Below are positions 1 to 13,936 of a stretch of DNA of 64,000 nucleotides, one piece after another. The number at the start of each line of letters is the position of its first letter. The stretch's first letter is position 1. Both the position numbers and the translations under genes were made by a program. Location of the stretch: assembly GCF_031769215.1 (NCBI RefSeq), contig NW_026781985.1:620001-684000 (forward strand), in the 5' to 3' direction. Origin of the DNA: Ylistrum balloti. Its lineage: Eukaryota. Under the pieces are notes generated by a model. The model did not search any database. It was given only the letters and a program-made list of their open reading frames with translations, and had not been told where the DNA came from.

Positions 1-312
1 CCTAGTTATATAACTGTTATACCACTGACTGTGTTACTATATAGTGGTATACAACCCACCAATATCACATCTCCATCCCTTGTTATATAACTGTTATACC
101 ACTGACTGTGTTACTATATAGTGGTATACAACCCACCAATATCACCTCTCCATCCCTTGTTATATAACTGTTATACCACTGACTGTTACTATATAGTGGT
201 ATACAACTCACTAATGTCACCTCTCCATCCCTAGTTATATAACTGTTATACCACTGACTGTTACTATATAGTGGTATACAACCCACCAATATCACCTCTC
301 CATCCCTAGTTA
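1..312. repeat. Minisatellite, ~75-77 bp unit, ~4 copies (runs off window start)
   Basis: Unit cctagttatataactgttataccactgactg...ctccatc repeats; explains the repetitive ORF 83..460. Confidence 0.9.
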
Positions 313-1142
313 CTATATTCCTGTATGTTACATACACATTTGTTGTATTGGGTATTCCAAATGAAAATGATTTTAAGTTTTTGATATTGATTAATCTACA
401 CAAATTGATTAGAAATCTGTTAAGGCTGCTACACCGTAAATGGTTTGACAAATATACCACGGATCAACACAGAATGACGAGACTTTGCGGTGAATAGTAG
501 GTAAATCACCATTCCATTTGTGTTTGGATTTGTGATTTCAAGAGATACGTGACATTATCCGATGTCAGAATCACGGATAATGTGTATCCTGTAGTGAGGT
601 TGCCGAAGTGTAAGTCAATACAAAAATTGATATTTATGTCATAGGATCAACAACTGTGAACACAAATCGATAGCAAGGTAACCTTTCTTCTTGTTGTGAC
701 CCTCTACTGATACAATACTTACCATTGTCGAGAGGGACTGGGTGTGACTGCGACCCGCCGTCATACGGTTCCTTCAGTTATAGCGACGTAAATCCCAACA
801 CTGAACACCAATGATTAGTCAGTATAAAGAAGACACGGTTTTATAGGTGAACCCAAACAACATACGGTTTCTGGTCTGTGTTTTTTATACCATGATATGG
901 ATACAGTCGATTGGAGAAAAGCAGTTCTACTCTTTGTTTTCACTGTGTTTTCTCTACATACAATTTATACTGTTGTGTGATTTTTTTGTTTCCTTCGTGC
1001 GGTATAGATCCATCCACTCCAACATTGCTGTGTGAGTTGTGACCTTGTTTGGTATCGTCATGTATACCTGTCACAATACGATGTTTTGTAATAGATCTCT
1101 TAAATACTGCCAGGAGCATAATATGTTCACTCATAGTATAGT

Positions 1143-1360
1143 AATTCCTCTCACAAAATTATGTACAAAACTGTTAGATTAGTCACGTGCAGCTCCAGAC
1201 AAGATAGGGTAACTTTACGTTCGTCATTGAGAACGATGTCTCATCATGTATATAATTCCTCTCACAAAATTATTTACAAAACTGTTAGAATAGTCACGTG
1301 CAGCTCCTATTTCCAGACAAGATAGGGTAACCTGACGCTCGTTATTGAGCACTAGGTCTT
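1143..1360. repeat. Two-copy tandem duplication, ~110 bp
   Basis: aattcctctcacaaaattat...gtcacgtgcagctcc...agacaagatagggtaac occurs at ~1143 and ~1255. Confidence 0.85.
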
Positions 1361-2132
1361 TGCTGGTTAAATTAACAGCCATTGTAAAACAATCGTAAAG
1401 AACCTTTCACATAAATGTATGTAAACGCAAATATTTTATCGAATGCTCAGTGTTCGAGTACCACAATATTGCCTTAACACATACAACCTGAACACATACG
1501 ATAAAATCAAAACCAAACTCAAATACCTAAACTCGCTTTTGCACGTTATGATAAGAATGCGTTCTGCCAGTCTGTATACCGCTAGTGGTCCTGACGTCAC
1601 CTTTAAGTACACTGTAAAAGCAGAAACCATTGTCTAAATACACAATATCACTGTTACATGGTATTCAAGGGATTCGACTCCTTCAAAACAAAACATGACA
1701 ACATTTGTATCAAATTTCACAATCTGTTTCTGCCGATGTTACCTTCCTAACAATGTCAGTACTGTTTTGAGAGAGAGAGAGAGCACTCCACGACCTCACG
1801 TGACAAGAGAAACCTATGCGTTCAATAAGTAATTTAATCTCAAACACCAACACTGTTTTTCTTTCTCCATGGAGAAATAATATTATCTTTTCCCATAAAT
1901 ACTTACAAAACAAAAAAAGAGATATTGATATGAGCGATATATAATTAAATACAGGTTTTGTTGCTGTCCTAGGTAACCGAATCCAATGTAAACATACAAC
2001 AAAGCGACACTAATCATGTGTACTTCTTCCTAGTTATAGTGTGAAATCAATCATAATCTCACTGTTTGTTAATAAAATATCACATATCATGCGTCAATAC
2101 TAATTTGTATTGAATACCGTGTACTGCACAAC

Positions 2133-3180
2133 TGACATTTCAGCCTCCCATCAATAGAGAGTTCTGACCACCCTACTCAGACATTTCAACCTCCCCACCA
2201 ATAGAGAATTCTGACTACCCTACTGAAACATTTCAGCCTCCCCGCCAATAGAGAGTTCTGACTACCCTACTGAAACATTTCAGCCTTCCCGCCTATAGAG
2301 AGCTCTGACTACCCTACTCAGACATTTCAGCCTCCCCGCCAATAGAGAGTTCTGACTACCCTACTCTGACATTTCAGCCTCCCCACCAAAAGAGAGCTCT
2401 GACTACCCTACTGACATTTTAACCTCCCCACCGATAGAGAGTTCTGACTACCCTACTCAGACATTTCAGCCTCCCCGCCAATAGAGAGTTCTGACTACCC
2501 TACTCAGACATTTCAGCCTCCCAACCAATAGAGAGTTCTGACTACCCTACTCACACATTTCAGCCTCCCCATCAATAGAGAGCTCTGACTACCCTACTGA
2601 CATTTCAGCCTCCCCATCAATAGAGAGCTCTGACTACCCTACTGACATTTCAGCCTCCCCACCAATAGAGAGCTCTGACTACCCTACTGACATTTCAGCC
2701 TTCCTACCAATAGAGAGTTCTGACTTCCCTACTCAGACATTTCAGCCTTCCTACCAATAGAGAGTTCTGACTTCCCTACTCAGACATTTCAGCCTCCCCG
2801 CCAATAGAGAGTTCTGACCACCATACTTACATTTCAGCCTCCCCACCAACAGAGAGTTCTGACCACCCTACTGACATTTCAGCCTCCCCACCAATAGAGA
2901 GTTCTGACCACCCAACTCGGACATTTCAGCCTCCCCACCAATAGAGAATTCTGACTACCCTATTCAGACATTTCAGTCTCCCAACCAATAGAGAGTTCTG
3001 ACTACCCTACTGACATTTCAGCCTCCCCATCAATAGAGAGTTCTGACTACCCTACTGACATTTCAGCCTCCCCATCAATAGAGAGCTCTGACTACCCTAC
3101 TGACATTTCAGCCTTCCTACCAACAGAGAGTTCTGACTTCCCTACTCAGACATTTCAGCCTTCCTACCAATAGAGAGCTC
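2133..3180. repeat. Minisatellite, 45-47 bp unit
   Basis: gacatttcagcctccccaccaatagagagttctgactaccctact(ca) repeated >20 times. Confidence 0.95.
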
Positions 3181-3778
3181 TAGTCTTTCAAGTAATTTGC
3201 TGAATAAATATTGATGAATAATATAATGAGAAAATCAATAGGATTTTAAGTCATCGTGATCAGACAAGAGACGGAATTGTGGTATAATACAATCACACAA
3301 ATACACACGTTAGACTTTTTGTTTATAGTTTCATGTAGGTATTGAATATTCGTTCACAACTTCCGGTTCTCTTTGGAACAAATTGTTTCAGATCGATATG
3401 TTTTCAGAAAACATCGATTTATTTTTGGTTTACTCACTTGCTTGCTGTTACCATATTGAAAAATAGTCTATGAACCTGAGATTTCAGTATTGGATATTGT
3501 AAATGGCTGCAGTCATTGTCAAGGCCAATCGTGATTGTAGAAACTAGAACCATGGGGCCACCGCTACCTTCGTGTGTTTATCCGATTAAAACTATGGTAA
3601 CATAGATGATTTACTACTGGAGGTGACCTTTGTGGACTTAAAGGACTTAATGCTGCTACTTGGTTGCAAATCCAACATTTTGATTGGAAACACTCAATAA
3701 CGAACAGAAATTCATGATTATTTTTCACCCTTATATGAAACAGTATAAGTAATAGCCCATGACCAAGTTTGAAATCGC

Positions 3779-4115
3779 AGATATGACACTAGATTAAACA
3801 CGATATCACACTAGATTAAACACGATATGACACTAGATTAAACACGATATCACACTAGATTAAACACGATATCACACTAGATTAAACACGATATAACACT
3901 TGAGTAAACATTATATAACACTTGAGGAAACATTATATAACACTTGAGTAAACACGATATAACACAGAGTATACACAATATAACATTTGAGTAAACACGA
4001 TATAACAATATAATATTTGAGTTAACACGATATAATACTTGAGTAAACACGATATAACACTTGAGTAAACACGATATAACACTTGAGTAAACACGATATA
4101 ACACTAGAGTATACA
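3779..4115. repeat. Minisatellite, ~22 bp unit
   Basis: aacacgatatcacactagatta / aacacgatataacacttgagta variants. Confidence 0.9.
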
Positions 4116-4671
4116 CAGTAGAGAACTTGAGTCACCATGACAGAAGACAACAAGGGTGTAATAGTTTCTCTTCTTGCTCCCTGTATATCTGATCTATAAT
4201 TGAATTAAGTATTATAGAGGTAGAATGAATCCTGTGATACGAAGATAATCAGTCAGATCTGGTTCCAGTGTAGCGCCTCTGATATCGTCACACAGTAGAT
4301 CGCAGATTACTTATCAGAATTCTATAAAAAAAACATTTATTTTACCATAAAGGTTGCTCAGTATATATGCACACAGACAACAAAGCATATGAATATGAAG
4401 TTGGTTGAATTAAAGACCATCGGAATAATTTACCTAAAACAAAATACCACTATGATAAAATCTATGAAACAATATGTGACAAGGCCTGTAAAGTCATGTT
4501 TAAATGGTTCATCGATTGTGTGTTCTAACGACGGGGACAATAGTGAATACCGTAATAAGGGGATGGACTGTTGTAATCACCTAATACAGAATTTGATTGT
4601 AAATTATTCAATACGTTTTTCAAACAGAATCTAGGCTTTTTTGTAGAAAAAAAACAATGAAAATAAAGTAA

Positions 4672-6872
4672 CGTGTTAACGACTTCACACACTGGTAATA
4701 TACACGTAGTGTTAACGGGAGACAGAGTTACGACATCACTCTCTGGTAATATACACGTAGTGTTAACGGGAGACAATGTTATGTTTTTTACACTCTGCTA
4801 TTATACACGTAGTGTTAACGGGGGACAAAGTTACCAATTCACTTTCTGGTATTATACACGTAGTGTTAACGGGAGACAGAGTTACGACTTCACTCTCTGG
4901 TAATATACACGTAGTGTTAACAGGGGACAGAGTTACGACATCACTCTCTGGTATTATACACGTAGTGTTAACGGGGGACAAAGTTACCAATTCACTCTCT
5001 GGTATTATACACGTAGTGTTAACGGGGGACACAGTTACCAATTCACTCTCTGGTATTATATACGTAGTGTTAACGGGTGACAATGTTATGTCTTTACACT
5101 CTGGTATTATACACGTAGTGTTAACGGGGGACAGAGTTACGACATCACTCTCTGGTATTATACACGTAGTGTTAACGGGGGACAATGTTATGTTTTTATA
5201 CTCTGTTATTATACACGTAGTGTTAACGGGGGGGGGGGAGTTACCAATTCACTCTCTGGTATTATACACGTTGTGTTAACGGGAGACAGAGTTACCACTT
5301 CACTCTCTGTTATTATACACGTAGTGTTAACGGGGGAGAAAGTTACCACTTCACTCTCTGGTATTATACACGTAGTGTTAACGGGGGAGAAAGTTACCAA
5401 TTCACTCTCTGGTATTATACACGTAGTGTTAACGGGGGACAAAGTTATGTTTTTATACTCTGGTATTATACTCGTTGTGTTAACGGGGGACAAAGTTACG
5501 ACTTCACTCTCTGGTATTATACACGTAGTGTTAATGGGGGACAAAGTGACCAATTCACTCTCTGGTATTATACACGTAGTGTTAACGGGGGACAAAGTTA
5601 CGACTTCACTCTCTGGTATTATACACGTAGTGATAATGGGGGGACAAAGTGACCAATTCACTCTCTGGTATTATACACGTAGTGTTAACGGGGGACAGAG
5701 TTACCAATTCACTCTCTGGTATTATACACGTAGTGTTAACGGGGGACAATGTTATGTCTTTACACTCTGGTATTATACACGTAGTGTTAACGGGGGACAG
5801 AGTTACCACTTCACTCTCTGGTATTATACACGTAGTGTTAACGGGGTACAAAGTTACCAATTCACTCTCTGGTATTATACACGCTGTGTTAACGGAAGAC
5901 AGAGTTACCACTTCACTCTCTGGTATTATACACGTAGTGTTAACGGGGGACAATGTTATGTTTTTACACTCTGTTATTATACACGTAGTGTTAACGGGGG
6001 GGGGGGGGGGAAATTTACCAATTCACTCTCTGGTATTATACACGTTGTGTTAACGGGAGACAGAGTTACCACTTCACTCTCTGGTATTATACACGTAGTG
6101 TTAACGGGGGAGAAAGTTACCACTTCACTCTCTGGTATTATACACGTAGTGTTAACGGGGGACAAAGTTATGTTTTTATACTCTGGTATTATACTCGTTG
6201 TGTTCGCGGGGGACAAAGTTACCACTTCACTCTCTGGTATTATACACGTAGTGTTAATGGGGGACAAAGTGACCAATTCACTCTCTGGTATTATACACGT
6301 AGTGTTAACGGGGGACAAAGTTACGACTTCACTCTCTGGTATTATACACGTAGTGTTAATGGGAGACAAAGTGACCAATTCACTCTCTGGTAATATACAC
6401 GTAGTGTTAACGGGGGACAGAGTTACGACTTCACTCTCTGGTATTATACACGTAGTGTTAACGGGGTACAAAGTTACGACTTCACTCTCTGGTATTATAC
6501 ACGTAGTGTTAACGGGGGACAAAGTTACGACTTCACTCTCTGGTATTATACACGTAGTGTTAACGGGGGACAATGTTATGTTTTTACACTCTGTTATTAT
6601 ACACGTAGTGTTAACGGGGGGGGGAGTTACCAATTCACTCTCTGGTATTATACACGTAATGTTAATGGGGGGACAAAGTGACCAATTCACTCTCTGGTAT
6701 TATACAAGTAGTGTTAACGGGGAGAAAGTTACCACTTCACTCTCTGGTATTATACAAGTAGTGTTAACGGGGGAGAAAGTTACCAATTCACTCTCTGGTA
6801 TTATACACGTAGTGTTAACGGGGGACAAAGTTACGACTTCACTCTCTGGTATTATACACGTAGTGTTAAAGG
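4672..6872. repeat. Minisatellite, 51 bp unit (~40 copies); non-coding
   Basis: attatacacgtagtgttaacgggggacaaagttaccaattcactctctggt. The 17-codon period produces the spurious GIIHVVLTGDKVTNSLS / SPVNTTCIIPESE ORFs on both strands, with frame switches at G-runs. Confidence 0.95.
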
Positions 6873-7199
6873 GGAGACTAATTTATATCTTATTTGTATC
6901 TTAAATGTACGAACTAGATTTGATCAATCTCCCGTCGGAATAGAAATGTTTTCAACGCATAGTCACAGTAATAATAGTTAGTCCACAGTGTGGTTTAATA
7001 CAGAACCTTGCTAATACAATACTTCGACCGCCATATCCATGCAGTTGTATAAGGTATACAGACTAATTGGTTCAGAACGTGTTTTAGCGCTGTCGACTCA
7101 ATCCTGAATTGAGTAAAAGTGATATACCTGAAGGGACAGATCGTGAATGAAGAAATAGCAAATCAAGCAGGTAAGCAGGACGCCGTCTATAGATAATTG

Positions 7200-7862
7200 T
7201 ATGTCGGGTATTTCGGGTACTGTCTGTCGGGTACTATCTGTCGGGTACTGTCGGGGACGGACTGTAGGATACTATTTGTAGGAGTACTGTCGGTTACGGA
7301 CTGTAGGATACTATCTGTAGGGTACAGTCGGGTACGGACTGTAGGATACTATCAGTAGGGTACTGTCGGGTACGGACTGTATGATACTGTCTGTAGGGTA
7401 CTGTCGGGTACGGACTGTCGGATACTGTCTGTATGATACTGTCTGTAGGGTACTGTCGGGTACACACTTTCGGATACTGTCTGTATGATACTGTCTGTAG
7501 GGTACTGTAAGGTATGGACTTTCGGATACTGTCTGTAGGGTACTGTCGGGTACAGACTGTAGGATACTGTCTGTAGGGTACTATCGGATACGGACTTTAA
7601 GACACTGTCTGTAGGGCACTGTTGGGTACGGACTGTAAGATACTATCTGTAGGGTACTCTCGGGCACAGACTGTATGATACTGTCTGTAGGGTACTGTCG
7701 GGTACGGACTGTAGGACACTGTCTGTAGGGTACTGTCGGGTATGGACTGTAGGATACTGTCTGCATGATACTGTATGTATGATACTGTCTGTCGGGTACT
7801 GTCGGGTACGGACTGTAGGATATTATCTGTAGGGTATTGTCGGGTAAGGACTGTATGATACT
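7200..7862. repeat. Degenerate ~38 bp minisatellite
   Basis: gggtactgtcgggtacggactgtaggatactgtctgta variants. Confidence 0.85.
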
Positions 7863-9497
7863 ATCTGTGGGATTCTGTGTGTAAGGTACAGTCAGTAGGA
7901 TGTAGTGTGTTGGGTACTGTCTGTAGGATTGTGTATGTAAGGTACAGTGAGTAGGATGAAGTGTGTGAGTAGGATGTAGTGTGGTACTGTTGGGTACTGT
8001 AGGATTGTGTATGTAAGGTACAGTGAGTAGGAGTGTGTTGTATGTAGGATTGTGTATGTAAGGTACAGTGAGTAGGATGTAGTGTGTTGGGTACTGTCTG
8101 TAGGATTGTGTATGTAAGGTACAGTCAGTACGATGTAGTGTGTTGGGTACTGTCTGTAGGATTCTGTGTGTAAGGTACAGTCAGTAGGATGTAGTGTGTT
8201 GGGTACTGTCTGTAGGATTGTGTATGTAAGGTACAGTGAGTAGGATGTAGTGTGTTGGGTACTGTCTGTAGGATTGTGTATGTAAGGTACAGTGAGTAGG
8301 ATGTAGTGTGTTGGGTACTGTCTGTAGGATTGTGTATGTAAGGTACAGTGAGTAGGATGTAGTGTGTTGGGTACTGTCTGTAGGATTGTGTATGTAAGGT
8401 ACAGTCAGTAGGATGTAGTGTGTTGGGTACTGTCTGTAGGATTGTGTATGTAAGGTACAGTGAGTAGGATGTAGTGTGTTGGGTACCGTCTGTAGGATTG
8501 TGTATGTAAGGTACAGTGAGTAGGATGTAGTGTGTTGGGTACTGTCTGTAGGATTGTGTATGTAAGGTACAGTGAGTAGGATGTAGTGTGTTGGGTACTG
8601 TCTGTAGGATTGTGTATGTAAGGTACAGTGAGTAGGATGTAGTGTGTTGGGTACTGTCTGTAGGATTGTGTATGTAAGGTACAGTCAGTAGGATGTAGTG
8701 TGTTGGGTGTCTGTAGGATTGTGTATGTAAGGTACAGTGAGTAGGATGTAGTGTGTTGGGTACTGTCTGTAGGATTGTGTATGTAAGGTACAGTGAGTAG
8801 GATGTAGTGTGTTGGGTACTGTCTGTAGGATTGTGTATGTAAGGTACAGTCAGTAGGATGTAGTGTGTTGGGTACTGTCTGTAGGATTGTGTATGTAAGG
8901 TACAGTCAGTAGGATGTAGTGTGTTGGGTACTGTCTGTAGGATTGTGTATGTAAGGTACAGTCAGTAGGATGTAGTGTGTTGGGTACTGTCTGTAGGATT
9001 GTGTATGTAAGGTACAGTGAGTAGGATGTAGTGTGTTGGGTACAGTCTGTAGGATTGTGTATGTAAGGTACAGTCAGTAGGATGTAGTGTGTTGGGTACT
9101 GTCTGTAGGATTGTGTATGTAAGGTACAGTCAGTAGGATGTAGTGTGTTGGGTACCGTCTGTAGGATTGTGTATGTAAGGTACAGTCAGTAGGATGTAGT
9201 GTGTTGGGTACTGTCTGTAGGATTGTGTATGTAAGGTACAGTCAGTAGGATGTAGTGTGTTGGGTACTGTCTGTAGGATTGTGTATGTAAGGTACAGTGA
9301 GTAGGATGTAGTGTGTTGGGTACTGTCTGTAGGATTGTGTATGTAAGGTACAGTCAGTAGGATGTAGTGTGTTGGGTACTGTGTGTGTAGGATTGTGTAT
9401 GTAAGGTACAGTCAGTAGGATGTAGTGTGTTGGGTACTGTCTGTAGGATTGTGTATGTAAGGTACAGTCAGTAGGATGTAGTGTGTTGGGTACTGTG
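7862..9497. repeat. Homogeneous 56 bp minisatellite (~29 copies)
   Basis: ggattgtgtatgtaaggtacagt(c/g)agtaggatgtagtgtgttgggtactgtctgta. Confidence 0.95.
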
Positions 9498-9655
9498 TTT
9501 AGTTCAGGATATTTGTAGATGTGATGGTGTGGGGGGAATATTTTAGTCTAGTGATCGACGTGTTTAGTTCAGGATGTTTGTAGATGTGATGGTGTGGGGG
9601 GAATATTTTAGTCTAGTGATCGACGTGTTTAGTTCAGGATGTTTGTAGATGTGAA
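9497..9655. repeat. Short array, ~63 bp unit, 2.5 copies
   Basis: gtgtttagttcaggatgtttgtagatgtgatggtgtggggggaatattttagtctagtgatcgac. Confidence 0.85.
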
Positions 9656-11652
9656 GGAGTTAAAGAAACTCTTAGTCTATCGATTGCCATGTTGATGAAT
9701 GAAGATTAAGTCCGGAATCAATACATTCTTTCTTCACCAATCGTCCTCCCGCAGTCTGTGTCGGTTTATGATTGACAGAGAAGTACAGTTTGTGAGTCGA
9801 CGAATTTATCGTCTGGCTTTTAATATTGAAACCATGATTTAAGTGGATGACATTTTCTAGAATGTTTCTGTGTGTGTGGTAAGCAGTCTCACTTATCAAT
9901 TGATATCGCTTCACCAGGAGATTTAATGCGTAACGTGAAAAGAAATCAATTGCCAGATATGACGGACATTCTAAACACATAGAAAAAACCCACTCTTTCC
10001 TCCCTCCAAGGCAGACCGCTGGCTAGTCCTTGTATCACACCGTAACATTATTCAAATTAGTAAACTTTAGTATGTACCTTTAGAGATTTTGAAAAACGTC
10101 GGAATGCCGTGATATATTACAATGTACACTGTACTGTGTGGTTTTAAAGGGGTCCTGATAGGACGTTTCACCTAAAACAAATGTCGGGAATAAAATTCCG
10201 GCTACACGATACATTTTTGTGATAACACTCTGTGATTTGGCGATTAATGTGAATATTTAAACACCAAATTGAGTGTCATCATATCCAAGTACAGGTCCCA
10301 GGTAATTCAGGAATGATTTGAAAGTCATCAGACGACAGATTAATATAGCGCCTAAGTGAAAAGCTGTTCATCGATAGAACATTTTTTAGGCAGGGAGTTA
10401 AAACATCAATACAATATATAGCCCCTTGGGCCAGCAAGAGACTCTCTTATATTTTGTAAATTGTGAAAGGAAATTTTGATTTTCATATCCATTTAACTAA
10501 TTGTTTTAACTTATTTGAAGAAATATGAAATATGAGAAACATATCCGCAACACAACCAAACAAATCTCATTTTTTTTATCAATCATCATATTTCCGCTTT
10601 TTCGCCAAAATATTGCCTCGTAGTTGGTTATTTTAAACATAAATACATCTCGATAGGTTGGTTTTATTCGTTGCATTGAATTTTACGTGAAACAGCACCA
10701 TGTATGCAAATGACTCTACACCCAAATAGCCAACTTAATGAAACCTACACGAGAAATACATTAAAGGGGGGAATGTGGTCGTGCCTTTGTCTTAAAAGGA
10801 GACTTTTAAACGTCACTATATCCAAATTTGACAATATTTTAAAATGAAATACGCTAATAGGATTTTACCAGATATTTCCGGTCTACACTTGTCAGAAACT
10901 ACAGTTTCTAGTTTGCTGGTGATCGCGACATGAATAACTGTAGATTTATTTATCACCTTTCCGTTTTCTACTAAAGATTTTTATCTCTGAAAACCATTAA
11001 TGATAAAATTAATTGCTTATGTTTCAATTAATGATACGAGACCAGCCAGTAACAAATATTTTTTATAAAGGAAATTAGACTATTTGTGATATTCAATCTT
11101 TCAGGATACCGACTTAGTTAATGATACAATCTTTAGCCATCTTTAAAATATAGGGTCATCCACAGTTTTTGTTGTTGTTTTTGTTTTCTTGTTTTTGTTT
11201 GTTTTGTTTTTGTGTTGTTTCGAGAATCACGCGACCAAATGGGCCACTTTTTGGTAAGAGGACAAGTCAAATACAGATATCGTTGAACAAAGTGCTCTAT
11301 GACAGGTCAGATGTAAAATTGGCGACGGATTTTCAGGTATTTGGCATTACGAAAATGTACAGTTTAAACATATTTCTGTATCATTGATCGTATTTATACA
11401 GGTGTAAAATGTCGGGTTTTTTTCAATTATTGGTAATTGGTTTCACATGTAAACTTCCGCTTGTTGAACTTGAAACATTGGCGGTCCGAAATGTGTTTTA
11501 ACGAACTAAAATTACATCTGTATGTCATTTGTTGTTTTTTCCAAGTAGATTTCTGTGAAGATTATAGAAAACATACACAGTTGAAAAACACCTTTTAATA
11601 CAAATTTAGAGTTTTATGTAGATACCATAGAGCCAAACAATGAATGAAACTT

Positions 11653-11694
11653 CATCATACAGCTGTTTCGTCCTTCTAGGAGTCATCAGTGATA
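11653..11694 (-). ncRNA. Minimal type I hammerhead ribozyme motif (Penelope-like-element type), one core-adjacent mismatch
   Basis: Minus strand reads tatca-CTGATGA-c-tcct-aga-agga-c-GAAA-c-agct-g-TA-tgatg: stem I tatca/tgatg, stem II tcct/agga, palindromic stem III CAGCTG, UA cleavage doublet. Position 10.1 is C rather than the canonical G. Confidence 0.7.
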
Positions 11695-11814
11695 CAAAGG
11701 ACTATATTTCTATGTATAGGAGGCGAGTAAGGCAGATCCAAAGTGATCGAAATACGTAAGACTATTGACCTTTTTGCTGTAAATGCTGAGTTTCTTCCTT
11801 AAAAAAAGATTGAA

Positions 11815-11836
11815 TCTCTCTCTCTCTCTCTCTCTC
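11815..11836. repeat. (CT)n microsatellite
   Basis: Direct observation. Confidence 0.9.
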
Positions 11837-12464
11837 ACTTGAACTTGATGTAGTAGACTTTGTACATGATAGATATTGTTAATGATTTTCTGTAACCATG
11901 ATAAATTAAACAAACATTTTTCTACTATATGATAGCGGGTATCATTGAAGAAAGAAAAGGAATGCGTCTCAGGAAGAAGTGATTATTTATTGTCAAATTA
12001 TGAAAACATTCAAACCAGGAATATATATCAACAATGAATTGATAATAAGTGTATTTGTTTTGTTTACGGGAAACAGTAGTCATATAAGAAATGATATTTT
12101 GATATAAAAATGATCATGTGGCAAAATATATAATATCCAGCTTCTGAAGTTACTATACACTCAAATTATCTCACTGCACGTATTTCCAAATGTTGGCAAA
12201 AACACGACAGAAAACATATGATTTTGTTAAAAAACAACAGTTCTATATACTTTTAAAAAAATGAAGACGTGTGGCGAATACGCTGTATCATAAGTGGTTA
12301 AAATTTGAGGTAAATTAGGGGAAGAAAAGTCTGTATATGCCGCATATCCACCAGGATACGAAACTACAGTTGCTAGAGTGCTAATAGAGTTAAAATCAGG
12401 TAATCACACCCTGATGACGAGTGAACAGAAGCTTCCAAACCCTAATGAATGGTTATAGCGGTGA

Positions 12465-13320
12465 ATTGAGGCCTCTAAACCCTGATGAATGATGATAGGG
12501 GTGAACTGAGGCCTCAAAACCATGATGAATGGTGATAGGGGTGAACTGAGGCCTGTAAACCCTGATGAATGATGATAGGGGTGAACTGAGGCCTCAAAAC
12601 CATGATGAATGGTGATAGGGGTGAACTGAGGCCTGTAAACCATGATGAATGGTGATAGGGGTGAATTTAGGCCTCTAAACCCTGATGAATGATGATAGGT
12701 GTAAATTGAGGCCTGTTAACCCTGATGAATGATGATAGGGGTGAACTGAGGCCTCAAAACCTGATGAATGATGATAGGGATGAACTGAGGCCTCAAAACC
12801 CTGATGAATGGTAATAGGGGTGAACTGAGGCCTGTAAACCATGATGAATGATGATAGGGGTGAACTGAGACCTCTAACCCCTGACGAATGGTGATAGGGG
12901 TGAATTGAGGCCTCAAAACCATGATGAATGGTGATAGTGGTGAACTGAGGCCTCAAAACCCTGATGAATGGTGATAGGGGTGAACTGAGGCCTCAAAACC
13001 CTGATGAATGGTGATAGTGGTGGACCGAGGCCTCAAAACCATGATGAATGGTGATAGTGGTGAACCGAGGCCTCAAAACCCTGATGAATGGTGATAGGGG
13101 TGAACTGAGGCCTCAAAACCATGATGAATGGTGATAGGGGTGAACTGAGGCCTGTAAACCCTGATGAATGGTGATAGGAGTGAACTGAGGCGTCTAAGCC
13201 ATGATGAATGGTGATAGGGGTGAATTGAGGCGTCTAAGCCATGATGAATGGTGATAGAGGTGAACCGAGACATCTAAACCCTGATGAAAGGTGATAGGGG
13301 TGAACTGAGACCCCCGAAAC
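12465..13320. repeat. 40 bp minisatellite (~21 copies), with decayed copies continuing to ~13780
   Basis: aaccctgatgaatggtgataggggtgaactgaggcctcaa. Confidence 0.95.
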
Positions 13321-13884
13321 TTTGGGATGGTAATGAAGGTTAACTCAACCCTAAACTCAACAAAAACTAAAGGAGTGGTGAGGTAAGTGACCACACGCCC
13401 CTTTACCTTAGGAGTGGTAATGAAGGTGAACGCACGCCCTCAAACCTTTAGGAGAGGTTATATTGATGAACTGAAGCGTCTAAAACCCGAGGGATGCTAT
13501 TGGGTCTGAAACCAGACCCTTGCTCCCGGGGGAAAGATCACCCCTACAAAACTCTGGCATTCGAACCCTGAGGGTGATAATCGGAGTAAACTCGAGCACA
13601 GAAAGCGTTGGGAGTGGTGATTAAGTTGAACGCAGGTCCCAGAACCCACGGAAAATCATATAGAAAACTAAGGCTTTCGAACCCGGGGATGATGATAGGG
13701 TTGAACTTGGGCCTGAAACCATAAGGAGTATTGAGAGAATGTACTCTTTCCCCAAAACCTTGATGAATGTGATTGGGTCAAAATTAATTAGACCAGCGAG
13801 ACCGGGGTAGAGTTATCAGATTATAATTAAATGGTATAGTATCATATTTTAATAAGGTTTTGTACCTTTTTTCTACATAAAGAA

Positions 13885-13936
13885 TATAAACGATCAAGCC
13901 CATACTATTACTTTTAAATCACAGACCAAGGTAAGA
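13885..13936 (+). promoter_or_regulatory. Candidate TATA box and short first exon with splice donor for the downstream gene
   Basis: tataaa at 13885-13890, CAAG|gtaaga donor at 13931, polypyrimidine acceptor tttttctctccag| ending 14241. An alternative upstream donor CAG|gtaagc lies at 7171. Confidence 0.3.

Noticed and set aside
480-1134. Cluster of splice-like signals and short ORFs (847..1035 +, 940..1134 -)
   Set aside because: Could not assemble a consistent reading frame on either strand; no recognisable motif.
4673-6904. Long ORFs up to 543 aa on both strands
   Set aside because: Entirely the 51 bp tandem unit, open in several frames and strands at once; no unique sequence.
12465-13320. 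Possible hammerhead satellite (CTGATGA in each unit)
   Set aside because: No stem II, GAAC instead of GAAA, no UH or stem I pairing.
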